Positions 38,994 to 53,820 of a stretch of DNA of 64,000 nucleotides are shown here, piece after piece. Source of the stretch: Eledone cirrhosa (lineage: Eukaryota); the NCBI GenBank assembly GCA_964016885.1, contig OZ024742.1, positions 278,008,001-278,072,000 of the forward strand. The letters are read 5' to 3'. The position numbers were made by a program, and so were the translations under genes. The notes beneath the pieces were generated by a model that ran no database searches, had not been told where the DNA came from, and saw only the letters and a program-made list of their open reading frames with translations. Numbering within the stretch: position 1 is the stretch's first letter; the number at the start of each line of letters is the position of its first letter.

Positions 38994-40087
38994 TCTGTAC
39001 ACTCTATTGACGCTATCTCTTTTATTAATTATTATTGGAAGGTACTAGGTGTAGTGCTTAGTTTTCGGTACACCATAAAACTAATCTTTTTCGTCACGGT
39101 TCGCTGCTTCGCATACGAAATTTGAATAATTCATTTTGAAATTGCTTGGTGAGCCATCAGAAAAGTTCTGCCCTTATGTGGTTAATATACCTGTTGGAGT
39201 CGTTAAATTTACAACTTTAAATTTACAATATAGTTTTTAAATGCCATTGGTCATTAGAGCAGGTTTATAGCCTCGTAGTGTGTTATTGATAACGAGGCTT
39301 TCAATTGTAGTATTTTTGTCATATATTATAAGAGTTAGCTTATGGTTTGGCGCAAGGGATTTTGTGTTCCGTTTTATGAGGTTTTACTAATGTGTTACTA
39401 TTATACAGCTATTATACATTTGATTCATATAATAGACTTTATGTGTGGTTTGTTTATTTTTAATAATTGAAGTAGTGTCTGATGTATTTATTGAAATGTA
39501 TGTGTATTTTGCTCGTTCTATGGTGTACTAATTGGCTTGTTTGAGCGATTCCACCACCGCTTGACGGGGTCAACTGGATCAACCAGGTTCCATAGGGTAT
39601 GTTGGGAATTTGTACTACCTCAAATGATGACCTAAACACTGCATTCACAGATATCGTGAACAGCACGCCTCTTACAGTACCCGGTGAATTCATTCCAAAC
39701 ACGAAATCAGACATTGATGATAAAATGCATCTTGAACAGTTGAGAGACAGTAGGCCATTTACGACCTATCCCAAAGCGCAGTACACCAAAATCTTCTATT
39801 CCAAATGATTTTGAAAAAGTAAAGTTAGGGTTAGGGTTAGTCACATTCTGATGCACCCATATGAAGTGATTCACCCTGGGGACATGTCATTTCAACTTCT
39901 GATGAGAGGACTACAGGACACGGTTTCCATCGAAGCCAGTCCATCGACATCAGCCAATCCCGAGAGTGGCAGTCATCAAATATAGATAATCCTGACGATG
40001 AACAGTGTCCAAAGAACTAATAAACTACACGCGCAGGACAGGAGGTGAGAACACCTTATCGGTTTTCCAATAACAGCCAACATGTCT

Positions 40088-40176
40088 GGTGTGTATGTGT
40101 ATGTGTGTGTATGTGTGTGTGTGTTTGTGTGTGTTTGTGTGTGTGTATGTGTGTGTACTTGTGTGTGTTTGTGTGT

Positions 40177-40226
<50 letters not shown>
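40088..40226. repeat. (TG)n microsatellite
   Basis: Direct repeats. Confidence 0.95.
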
Positions 40227-40228
<2 letters not shown>

Positions 40229-40944
40229 GCTATGTAGAGAATTACTTTCGAACTGTGATTGCATATTCTCTTAAGTGTGTCCATTCACTGCGGACTTAAT
40301 ATTTAACTGTGCAGCAGAGAAATCCCCATAATGTATTGTAATATAATCTTCTCTCTGCAGATAGTTTTTCTTACATCACACAAAGCTTATTCTTCATTAA
40401 CAAATAATGGTTGTGATCAACTTCATTATTTATATAGCTTAAGTAAAGTTATGTTGAAGTTATTCGGAAAAAAAATCATATTATAGACCTTCATTTGTAG
40501 AGGAGAATTTAACTGACTCCTAATTAGGGATTTCATTACCGGCATTTTGCCTATGTGTGGATATTTGCTGTCACCATGTATGTACAGGTGTTTATTTGAG
40601 TAACATGTAATATGGTTGTCTCTTTTTTATATACTGAATTACATTTCTCTAATCATTGCCCAACAAGATTGCTTTCTCCACTAGTATTTACCCACTTTTC
40701 CACGAATTCGTCAACCGATTTGATCTCCCTAATGATAGATAAACCATCATTGCCAGAGATGGCGACCAGTATCCTAATATAAGAGTAAAATAACATAACC
40801 CACTACTACGCAACATTACACGCCACTACATGATGTATAATAGAAGCCACGAATAACATGAGAAGGCGCCAGGCTTACGTTTTTCAAAATTTTATCTTTC
40901 AAATATATTTATTTACGTTCCGCATTATGTAAACACAATCCTAA

Positions 40945-43083
<2,139 letters not shown>

Positions 43084-43463
43084 AATGGTGTTGGATGCTT
43101 AAAGCGTCCGTATGCGGTAGGCCGTATGCGGTAGGCCGTATGCGGTAGGCCGTATGAGCACTCGATGCTCTCATAGAGCAGCGTATGATATCACAGAAAG
43201 AAAGAGAATCAGTGTTGCGACGAATGGAATTTATTGGACATATTACAATCGTGTCTCTGGCGACCAGCTCGAGGCACGATCAATGTGATGATTGAACCTG
43301 ACTCTGAAAATCGCAAGGCACTCAGATACGTCTTGATTCTACGGAGCAGATTTTCCTATAGGAAAATCTGCTTCGTAGAATCAAGACGTCGCCAGAGAAA
43401 CGATTGTAATATGTCCAATAAATTCCATTCGCAGCAACACTGATTCTCTTTTTTTCTGTGATA
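43084..43463. repeat. Second copy of the 4404 repeat with 14-bp triplication and nested inverted repeats
   Basis: GCGGTAGGCCGTAT x3; 43187-43264 inverted at 43388-43464; internal palindrome 43327-43389. Confidence 0.85.
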
Positions 43464-43476
43464 TATATATATATAT

Positions 43477-43630
<154 letters not shown>

Positions 43631-43734
43631 TATACATATATATAGTGTGCGTGTGAATTTAAGTATGTACATGTATAGTGATATAAATATATTTATGTAT
43701 GTATTTGTATATACATGTATGTATCTAGATTTTT

Positions 43735-44935
43735 TAGTAGTCAGCTGTCACCACTGGTCTCCATTCCCCATCAAGTTTAGAACGGCCGTGGTGTTGTGAA
43801 CTGTTCAGTCCTTGATGTTGTCCCTACTTCGTCCTTCTTCAACTGTTACCCAAAGGAGTGTTTCAGACAGGGTGGGTGTGGTGATGGGATATGTGACTGT
43901 ACCAGGCGACGATCTGTCCTTTCACTATTGCAAAGTGTGTTTCCTGTCTGCCAGCATATTTGTTGTCTTGCTGCCTAACAAAGTTATTTGTTCTGAGCTC
44001 TCTATACGGGATGCGTAGCATCCATCTGAAACATTTGCATATATTCCTCTTTCCATGTCAATTGCAGCAATGCCTAGATTCCTCTTTCCATGTCAATTGC
44101 AGCAATGCCTAGATTCCTCTTTCCATGTCAATTGCAAAATTCCACCTCTCAAACCCACACAGAAAAATCGTAGTCACAATAGGCTTGTATAATTTGAGCT
44201 TCGTTGGAAAACTAATTAAGTTACTCTTCTGTATGAACTTCGTCGTGACAGACTTGATTTATCTCCTTTAATGATCCTTGCCGTCCCTTGTCAGATTGGT
44301 TCCTAGGTCCTTGAAGATATCAATTTCTACAAATTTTCTACCATCAAGCGGATGCTGGTTACTGTATTCTGGTTATGTATATTAACCAACATCTTCTTTT
44401 CTGAGCTGATCCCCATTCTGTATTCTCCTGACACGTTTCCCAGTCTGGTGAGAAGCTTCTTGATTTCTGTTTCACTGCCTCCTAAGAGGTTGATAATCAT
44501 TAGCAAAGCACAGGCTAGAAATCTGCCGTCCGCCAATGGAAACGGAGGTGTGAATGTCTTGAATTGTTTCTTACATGTTGTTCTCCAGTAAATTGTTGAA
44601 AAGCTCTGCAGAGTGTAGACATCCTTGTCGAACTCCAACTGTTGTCCTGAAGAATTCTCCGATGTCGTTATTCATGAGAACTCTATTGTTTGGGTTTAGT
44701 ACAGTGTTTGGATTACTCGGATGAGGTTGCTGTCGTGTACAAACACTCATGCCAAACGCAGCGAAGGCCATTTTGACATCAATGAAGTTATGATTCCAGT
44801 CAGGTTGTTGCTGCATATGTTTCTCGGTTAGCTCTCTGATGTTATATATCTGTTCCACAGTACTACTTTTAAGCATAAATCCTGTCTGTTCTGCAATATC
44901 TTCTGTTAACTCCTTAAGTCTGTCTAGAAGCACCC
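43735..44935 (-). mobile_element. Degenerate RTE-clade LINE (RT and C-terminus)
   Basis: EQTGF..SSTVEQIYNIR, HNFIDVKMAF, FRTTVGVRQGCL, YRMGISSEK; 35-bp tandem repeat at 44043-44137. Confidence 0.75.
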
Positions 44936-45029
44936 TTACTTTAATCCCTTATTAAATTATTTTAATTATAACACACACACACACATACACACACACACTC
45001 AGACACACACACACAAATATATATATATC

Positions 45030-45388
45030 CTCCTCTATGCACTAAACTCCGCCAGTTGCAGACTGCGCATCAACATGTGATATCTCTCTCCACAAAGTTC
45101 GATCACCAGCCGCATAGTTCAAAGAGCAAAGATCAAGTTCAATCCATAAACTGACATTATCAGGCCATCGTTTTTGCTGCCGACCTCTGTTTCTCTTACC
45201 AGCCAACCTTCCTTCCAGGCATAACCTACTCACACCACGAGTTGATCTTTTTATATGACCGTATACTTTGATTACGCTTGACATGACAATTGATGTAATT
45301 GGTAGTTGGTAATATTGAGAGCACACTGATAGTCTCATGATGTGGTTCTGGAGTTTGAAGTGAGGAAAAAGCCCTGAACATATACTCA
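45030..45388 (-). mobile_element. RTE-like LINE 3' end
   Basis: YGHIKRS...CLEGRLAGKRNRGRQQKRWPDNV...AAGDRTLWR. Confidence 0.75.
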
Positions 45389-45965
45389 CAATTCATTAAA
45401 GCTGGAGGTGAACCAATTATCAAAGCACTTCAACATCTCTTTAACTGTATCATCACTACAGGAAAAAGCCCAGACATGTTCGAGAAAGCATTAATAGTTG
45501 TACCAAAAAGGTAGTAGATTTGATTGTGGGAACTTCGTCCTATCAGCCAATTGAGTCACATTTACAAGCTTTTCATGAGTATCATTGCAGCACGAATGAA
45601 GTCAGACCTTTACGCCTCATTTGCTGAAATACAAGCTGCGTATCAACCTGGAAGAGGCACCATTGAGCAGATCCTAGTTATTGAATAAATCATTGAGAAA
45701 TCAATAGAATTAAACAATCCTGTGCACATCACCTTCATTGACTACACAAAAATTTTTAACAATGTGAAACTACTCAGCTTGTGGCAACTCTTAAATAAGA
45801 CCTCAATTAACAAAAAATGCATCAACCTACTGAAAGAAACTTACACCAACTCAACAGTATATATCAAAACTAATCTGGGAACTACATGGTGTATAGACAT
45901 CTTGAAGGAAGTTAAGCAGGGGGATGTACTATCAGCACTTCTTTTCTGTACAGTTATAGCTGCAC

Positions 45966-45968
<3 letters not shown>
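45389..45968 (+). mobile_element. RTE-like LINE RT fragment, inverted relative to the adjacent 3' end
   Basis: IKAGGEPIIK, CGNF.PISQLSHIYK, QAAYQPGRGTIEQI, HITFIDYTKIF, VKQGDVLSALLF. Confidence 0.75.
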
Positions 45969-46022
<54 letters not shown>

Positions 46023-46049
46023 TCTCTCTCTCTCTCTCTCTAAATATAT

Positions 46050-46319
46050 ATATATCCAAGGAAAATTCAACTGATAAGGTACGTTTCCTTGGCTATGTCA
46101 AAATTTATAATACACACTTTGTATTTTATCTGATGAAAGCGTACCAAAGTTTTTGGTATCCTTGAAATATTTATAATAGAATAAATATGGTTTTATAAAT
46201 ATAGTTTCCATTTATTTAATATCATTGAATATTTACTCCAGAACACTGTCAGTGCTCTGAATCAGTTATAAACATTTATATTTGTTGAATTTCCAACAAA
46301 TTAAATATCCCTTCTACTT

Positions 46320-46320
<1 letters not shown>
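46050..46320 (+). mobile_element. Short Penelope-type terminus with hammerhead motif between TA tracts
   Basis: Homologous to 47686-48040; TATTTTAT CTGATGA (46130-46136) AAGCGTACCAAA-GTT-TTTGGTATCCTT GAAA (46164-46167) TATTTATA ATAGAATA. Confidence 0.6.
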
Positions 46321-46414
<94 letters not shown>

Positions 46415-46629
46415 CGTATATTCATATATTTATACATTCATACACATTAATTGTAAAGTGAATTTTGCAGCCTTTGTGCTTTTAGATAGATAATATTACT
46501 CTTCCAAGATGTAATTGTTTTAGTTTCAACACAGTCTTGCATCAAGTCATTTGCCAAAATAATATCAAAACAGTATGACACGATATATATTTTGTTGCTG
46601 GATCAAAAACCACTATCTAGTTTTGATAG

Positions 46630-46745
46630 AGCGGTGTATTGACTGTATCAGTAGAATGTCGGACAACATGCTTTGCAGCATATAGTTACGGTGCTTTACA
46701 TTCTGAGTTCAAATCCCGCCGACATTAGCTTTGCCTTTTATCATT
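46630..46745 (+). mobile_element. SINE head fragment (same family as 31327)
   Basis: GCGGTG..TTGAC...GAGTTCAAATCCCGCC B-box...TTTGCCTTTTATC. Confidence 0.7.
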
Positions 46746-46954
46746 ACTGCAATGGCCACTATATCCTCAATGCCTTATGATATGGACTCGTAATGCCTGA
46801 GGGAGTTGTAGGGGCACCATATTGACATACGGCGTATCTAGGGCATTTCTTTAAATCTGGCGCAGCCTATCTCCTCTCCAGGTCTGAATACAGTAGATTT
46901 CTTCCAGAGAAGGAAAGAGAATGAGAGAAAGGAATTGAGAAAGAGATATAGAGG

Positions 46955-47117
46955 AAGAATCGACCCCAGTACTTCACTGGTCATTTTTTTATCGACCATG
47001 AATGGATGAAAGGTAAAACAGACCTCGGCGGGATTTGAACTTAGAGAGCAGAAAGCCGAAATGAATAATACTAAGCATTCTATCCGACATTCTAACGGCT
47101 ATGCCAATTCACCACCT
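46955..47117 (-). mobile_element. SINE copy (same family), minus strand
   Basis: Reverse complement GGTGGTGAATTGGCATAG...AGTTCAAATCCCGCCGAGG...CCTTTCATCCA...ACTGGGGTCGAT. Confidence 0.7.
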
Positions 47118-47685
47118 ATCATGAGTTATACATACAATTAAACAACCATTGACTAATGAAAAATATTGAAGATTTTTTATGCAACATTCGTCTAAATTTT
47201 AGCGCCTAAGGATGGCTGTGGGATTAAGAAGTCTGCTTCATATCTGTTTGTTTGCGGGATGGCAACTATGCCTTATTCTTACAATTAGACCAGGATTTAG
47301 GAAGAACAAATATTTATAGATTATTTGTGCAACAATCTTGCAAATTCATGGGCCCAAATATGACAAAGAAGTTCACTTTGCATCTACATGGTTTCAGGTT
47401 TCTTACTATTAAGAAACATCTCGAGTAAATTTCTTCTACCATAGATTTCGATTGAGCAGAGAGCATTGTGAGTGAAATTTGCGAGACAGAAAATGTGTGG
47501 GGGCTTATCGAAGGGATCACTTCTCATCTTGGGTTGTAGGTTGTAGACTTAATCCAACGCTCGGATTAACAACACTGACTAGCCAACGAATCATTGGTGT
47601 AGCGTCACAGATCTAATAAAATATACATCGCTCTAACCATGTATTTATTTCTCAAATTAGCACCGCCATATATATATATATATGT

Positions 47686-48040
47686 AGAGGTTATATTTAA
47701 TTTGTTGGGATACAACAAGCAAAATATTTTTATACCTGATATAAAGCACCCAACAAATTATTCGAGTAAATATACAATATATTAACAAATGGAAACTATA
47801 TTTATAAAGCCATATTTATTTCATTATACATATCTCAAGGGCCACCAAGGCAAACTATGGAGATTCCAACCAGAATGGTTGCATTTTTTCAGGGTATGTC
47901 AATATTTATTTATAAAACTAACCTATATTATATTTTATCTGATGAAAGCGCACCATAGTTTGCCTTGGTGGCCCTTGAAATATATATAATGAAATAAATA
48001 TGGTTTTATAAATATAGTTTCCATTTGTTAATATATTGTA
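47686..48040. mobile_element. Penelope-type terminus with partial inverted duplication and hammerhead motif
   Basis: 47770-47860 is the inverted repeat of 47953-48040; CTGATGA 47939-47945, stem II CACCA...TGGTG, GAAA 47977-47980, palindromic TATATA stem III; flanked by (TA)n. Confidence 0.65.
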
Positions 48041-48109
48041 TATATATATGTGTGTGGGTGTGTGTGTGTGTGTGTGAGTGTGTGTGTGTTTGTGTCTATG
48101 TAAATCAGC

Positions 48110-48429
48110 AAATAAAAGCTGCTAATATGCAAAAACGCATAAATTATTGTAGATTCAATAAAAAAAGTAGTTCTAAAGATAAATTATATAATATTATTGA
48201 AAGTAAGCTATATGATAATAAAATGAGTCATGGCTGCAACAAGCCTCGTCATCACAATCTTGTTATGACTGACGACTCTTTTACGTTTTATGAAGTAATG
48301 GCAAATAGACGACGGCCACAACTTTAAATGTGATGGCGTCTGAAGAGTACTATAAATATAAGTGTAAAGACTCCTTAACTTTTAACGGCATGGACGATAT
48401 CATATAGAATCTGGATGACTTAATTAATT

Positions 48430-48430
<1 letters not shown>
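48110..48430 (+). mobile_element. Possible degenerate Penelope 3' end
   Basis: Peptide C..KDKLYNII...NK...KPRHHNL resembles a PLE GIY-YIG C-terminal block; decayed CTGAAGA GTAC...GTGT AAAG ACTC at ~48340; ends in (TA)n. Confidence 0.3.
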
Positions 48431-49193
<763 letters not shown>

Positions 49194-49609
49194 ATACCCA
49201 TATCCATATATTACCAATTTAATAACATTTTTTTCTGGTAAAAGAAGTCATTAAAATATATATGAATAAGCAAAGGAAGTCGATAGTACAAATAATGTGT
49301 TACTCATTCTTTAAAAAAATAATAATAACAACAACAAAAACATAAGCCAAACATAAAATAAAAATAAAAACAATTAATAAAAAATATAAAATATAAATCG
49401 AAAATGTTAATTTTATTTGTTGCTTTTGAAAAAAAAAGTTTCTCTCCCTTCTCAACATCACATGATTTGTTAAAATGATTAGAAATATGGTGACATATAG
49501 CAAACACTGGGGCTAATTATTAGTTATTTTCAGAAAAATATGCCAATCATCGCTTGGAAATTTCAAAGATATCACAATAGAAATATATATAGTCTTCTTC
49601 TTCTTGATG

Positions 49610-51275
49610 TTGCTGTGGTGGTGGTGGCGGTGGCTGTGTTGATGGTGGTGGCTGTGGTGGTGGTAACGGTGGCGGTGATGTTGGTGGTGGTGGTGGCTGT
49701 GGTGGTGGTGACGGTGGCGGTGGCGGTGATGGCGGTGGTTGTGGTGATGGTGGCTGTCGTGGTAGTGGTGGCGGTGTTTGTGTTTGTGGTTGTGGTTGTG
49801 GTGGTGGTGGTGACTGTGGTGGTTGTGGTGGCTGTGGTGCTGCTGGATGTGGTGGTGCTGGCTATGATGGTGGTGGTGGTTGTCGTGGTTGTTTGTGGTG
49901 TTGGTGGTGGCTGTGGTGCTGCTGGTTGTGGTGGTGCTGGCTGTGATGGTGGTGGTGGTTGTGGTTGGTTGTGGTGGTGGTGGTGGTGGTGGTGGTGGTG
50001 GTGGTGGTGGTGGTGGTAGTGGCTGTGGTTGTGGTGGTGGTGGCTGTGGTGCTGGTGGTGGTGGTGGTGGTGGTGGTGGTGGTGGTGGCTGTGGTGCTGC
50101 TGGATGTGGTGGTGCTGGCTGTGATGGTGGTGGTGGTTGTCGTGGTTGGTTGTGGTTGTGGTGGTGGCTGTGGTTGTGGTGGTGGTGGCTGTGGTGCTGC
50201 TGGTGGTGGTGGTGGTGGTGGTGGTGGTGGTGGTGGTGGTGGCTGTGGTGCTGCTGGATGTGGTGGTGCTGGCTGTGATGGTGGTGGTGGTTGTCGTGGT
50301 TGGTTGTGGTGGTGGTGGTGGCTGTGGTTGTGGTGGTGGTGGCTGTGGTGCTGGTGGTGGTGGTGGTGGCGGTGGTGGTGGTGGTGGTGGTGGTGGTGGT
50401 GGTGGTGGTGGCTGTGGTGCTGCTGGCTGTGGTGGTGTTGGCTGTGATAGTGGTGGTGGTTGTGGTTGGTTGTGGTGGTGGTGGTGGTGGTGGCTGTGAT
50501 GGTGATGGTGGTGGTGGTGGTGGTGGCTGTGGTGGTGGTAATTGGGGTGGTGGTGGTGGTTCTGGCTGTGATGATGATGGTGGTGGTGGCGGTGGTGGTG
50601 GTGGTGGCTGTGGTGGTGCTGGTAGTGATGGTGCTCGCTGTGATGATGATGGTGGTGGTGGTGGTGGTGGATGTAGTGGTGGTGGTAGTGGTGGTGCTGG
50701 CTGTGATGATGATGGTGGTGGTGGCGGTGGTGGTGGTGGTGGCAGTGGTGGTGGTGGTAGTGGTGGTGCTGGCTGTGATGATGATGGTGGTGGTGGTGGC
50801 GGTAGTGGTGGTGGTGGCTGTGGTGGTGCTGGTAGTGGTGGTGCTGGCTGTGATGATGATGGTGGTGGTGGTGGTGGTTGTGGTGGTGCTGGTAGTGGTG
50901 GTGCTGGCTGTGATGATGATGGTGGTGGTGGTGGTGGTTGTGGTGGTGCTGGTAGTGGTGGTGCTGGCTGTGATGATGATGATGGTGGTGGGCGGTGGTG
51001 ATGGTGCTGGCTGTGGTGGTGTGGTAGTGATGGTGCTGGCTGTGATGATGATGGTGGTGGTGGTGGTGGCTGTAGTGGTGGTGCTGGCTGTGATGATGAT
51101 GGTGGTGGTGGCGGTGGTGGTGGTGGTGGCAGTGTTGGTGCTGGTAGTGGTGGTGCTGGCTGTGATGATGATGGTGGTGGTGGGCGGTGGTTCTGTTGGC
51201 TGTTGTTATGGTGGCTGTGGTGGTGGCTGTGGTGGTCGTCGTCATTGTTGTAGTAGTTGTTGTTGTTGTTGGTGT
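49610..51275. repeat. GGT-based compound satellite with ~154-bp and 60-bp higher-order units
   Basis: GCTGTGGTGCTGCTGGATGTGG at 49831, 50088 and 50242; exact 60-bp tandem units at 50821-50980. Confidence 0.9.
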
Positions 51276-51278
51276 TGA

Positions 51279-51557
51279 TCTTCTTCTTCTTCTTCTTCTT
51301 CTTCTTCTTCTTCTTCTTCTTCTTCTTCTTCTTCTTCTTCTTCTTCTTCTTCTTCTTCTTCTTCTTCTTCTTCTTCTATTTTCATAATATACAAAATACA
51401 GCAACAACAATAATAACAACAACAACAACAAAACGAAAATGAAAATTAAGTTAAAAACATTATTACAAAAGTATAAGCAACTTTATAGACGAAACAACAA
51501 CAACAAAATCCACATCACCTTCCTATGAAAATAGATTATTCAAGTCTGTATTTGAAT

Positions 51558-51617
<60 letters not shown>

Positions 51618-51740
51618 CTTCTCCCTCTCTCTTTCTCTCCTTCCCCTTTCTTTCTCCCCCTCCATCTATTTCTCCCCCTCTCCCCCTCTCTCTTTGTCTC
51701 CCCCTCTCTCCCTCTCACCCTCTCTCTTTCTCTCTCTCTC
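51279..51740. repeat. (CTT)n, (CAA)n and (CT)n tracts
   Basis: Direct repeats. Confidence 0.9.
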
Positions 51741-52163
51741 TGTATTGGCAGCAGCTGAATATGCAGATGTATGTTGTTATGTTATGTGTATTGAGTTGAT
51801 GTTTGCTTTTATGACTTCGTTTTTGCCAACTTAGTTTATTTATATATAATTTTTGATAACGAAGTCTTCCACCCCAGTATAGTTAATATAGCGGAGATGT
51901 GTTTGGTAATTTTGGTAATATTAAAAGTTATTGGCATCGATAATAAATAAAGAGAAAAATTTGATAGGAAATTAAAAAAAATAAATAAACAGCAACAATA
52001 AATCAACAACAACAAATTAAAATTATAGAAAAGATCACAGTTTGAACCAAATGAGATTTGATGTACCATAACACAGTAATGTTTGTTGTTTCAGAAGGAA
52101 GTGAGATGCTGTAATTTCAAATCTACAACGTTGTTGTAATTAAATGAAAGCTATCTCAGTCTA

Positions 52164-52549
52164 ATAATGGTTTCTGATTTAGGCACAAGGCCAGCAATTT
52201 GAGGGGAGAGGAACTGTCATTTAAATCGACCCCAGTACACCTCTGGTGGTTTATTTTATTTATTGACCCCGTAAGGATGAAATATAAAGATAACCCCGGT
52301 GGGAGTTGAACTCAGAACGTAAAGGGCTGATTTCTACTTTAGGCACAATGCCAGTAAGTAATTTGGGGAGAGAGGAAAGTGGATTAAATCGACCCCAGTG
52401 CATTACTGGTGTTATATTTTAACGACCCCGTAAGGATGAAAGGCAAAGTTAACCTCGGCAAGATTTGAAATCAGAACGTAAAGGGTCGTAACTCTATGCC
52501 ACAAAGCATGTTGTCCGACATTGTACCGATATTGCCAATCCACGGCCTT
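52164..52549 (-). mobile_element. Tandem (dimeric) SINE insertion with 14-bp target-site duplication
   Basis: Two SINE bodies (52164-52328 headless, 52329-52549 complete); TSD GCTAT(C/T)TCAGTCTA at 52150-52163 and 52550-52563. Confidence 0.8.
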
Positions 52550-52602
52550 GCTATTTCAGTCTATGAATAACGAACAATAACAACAACAACAAAAGGTAGA
52601 AA

Positions 52603-52757
52603 GGTGCAAGTATGGCTGTGTGGGTAAGGTGATTTCAGTCACACGGTGTAGCACCTCGGGACAGTGCCTTCTACCCTAGCATCGGATTGACCAATTCTTG
52701 TGAGTGCAATTTGGTTGATGGAAACTGCATAGAAGCCCGTCAGAAATACACACACAC

Positions 52758-52791
<34 letters not shown>

Positions 52792-52846
52792 TTGAAGTAC
52801 GCGCCACCTTCACGAACGCATCTACGCGTAAAAGTGGAACACTCTG

Positions 52847-52916
<70 letters not shown>

Positions 52917-52929
52917 TGTGTGTGTGTTT

Positions 52930-52983
<54 letters not shown>

Positions 52984-53170
52984 GTACATGTGAGCGTGAG
53001 TGCCTCCGCGCTCACCGTCTCTCTTTTAAATTTTTCTTTATTCAATTTAACACTTTGATAAAGTACCAGACTTGAAAAACAAATACAGAAGTCGTTATAA
53101 TCGACTAAACACCCTTCAAGGTGATGCCTCAGTATGGCCGCACATCTAATGAATGATACTAGTAAAAGAA
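52603..53170 (+). mobile_element. Second tRNA-derived SINE family (octopus OK-like) with internal microsatellite
   Basis: Head GGTGCAAGTATGGCTGTGTGGGTAAG, body CTTGTGAGTGCAATTTGGTTGATGGAAACTGCATAGAAGCCCGTC, tail CAGTATGGCCGCA...AGTAAAAGA. Family name is from recall and was not searched. Confidence 0.6.
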
Positions 53171-53820
53171 AAAAAAAAAAGAACGAAAGAATAAAATAAT
53201 AAAAGATCATAGTTTAAACAAAAACCTAGAAGGTTTGTTGTTTTTTAAGGAAGCGAGAATCTGCAATTTCAAAACTACAACATTGTAATTGAATAATGCT
53301 ATCTTAGCCTAATAATGTTTTATAAAGATATATTTCCAGTCTATAAATAACTAATTTCCTCGTAAAATGACCACTATGAATGGATAAAAGCAGATTTTCT
53401 TCTATAGTTTAATGACTGTTTCGAGTTTTGAAGACGACATCTCATGCAGTTGTTTAGAAGTAATTGAGTTAAAATGTGTGTATACTGAAAAGTGGAATAG
53501 ATTAAATTTTTGGTTTTATATTATTTAGCTATTCACTTTCTGATGCCGAGATTTTGTTGACTATATCTCTCTATCTATCTATCTATCTATCTCTCTCTAT
53601 CAGACGTGTGTAACTTCGCGGAGAAGTTTCCGTTAATTTATGTAAGAAAAAAACGTGAGTTTTCAGTTAAATTTTATATTATTGTGTAACTTGACCACCC
53701 CGTCTGGACTTTCAGGTGGTGGGTCAACTCATTTTCGCCCCTACAGGGACGAAATATCCGTTTGAAAAATTTTTTCTCCATCGAATCTTGGAAAAAATAT
53801 TGTAAAAGTTTGATTACGTT

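Noticed and set aside
39824-39840. (TTAGGG) repeats
   Set aside because: Fewer than three units; not a telomeric array.
39895-40010. CTGATGA and CTGACGA hammerhead-like boxes
   Set aside because: No correctly placed GAAA or supporting stems.
44043-44137. 35-bp direct repeats
   Set aside because: No spacers, so not CRISPR-like; a local tandem duplication in a dead LINE.
49572-51431. 619-aa Arg/His/Pro/Thr ORF
   Set aside because: Antisense of the GGT and CTT satellites, with a non-ATG start and no unique sequence.
51741-51774. Possible micro-exon (CAG|CAGCTGAATATGCAGAT|GTATGT) after a CT tract
   Set aside because: 14 or 17 nt, not frame-preserving, and such signals arise by chance without transcript data.
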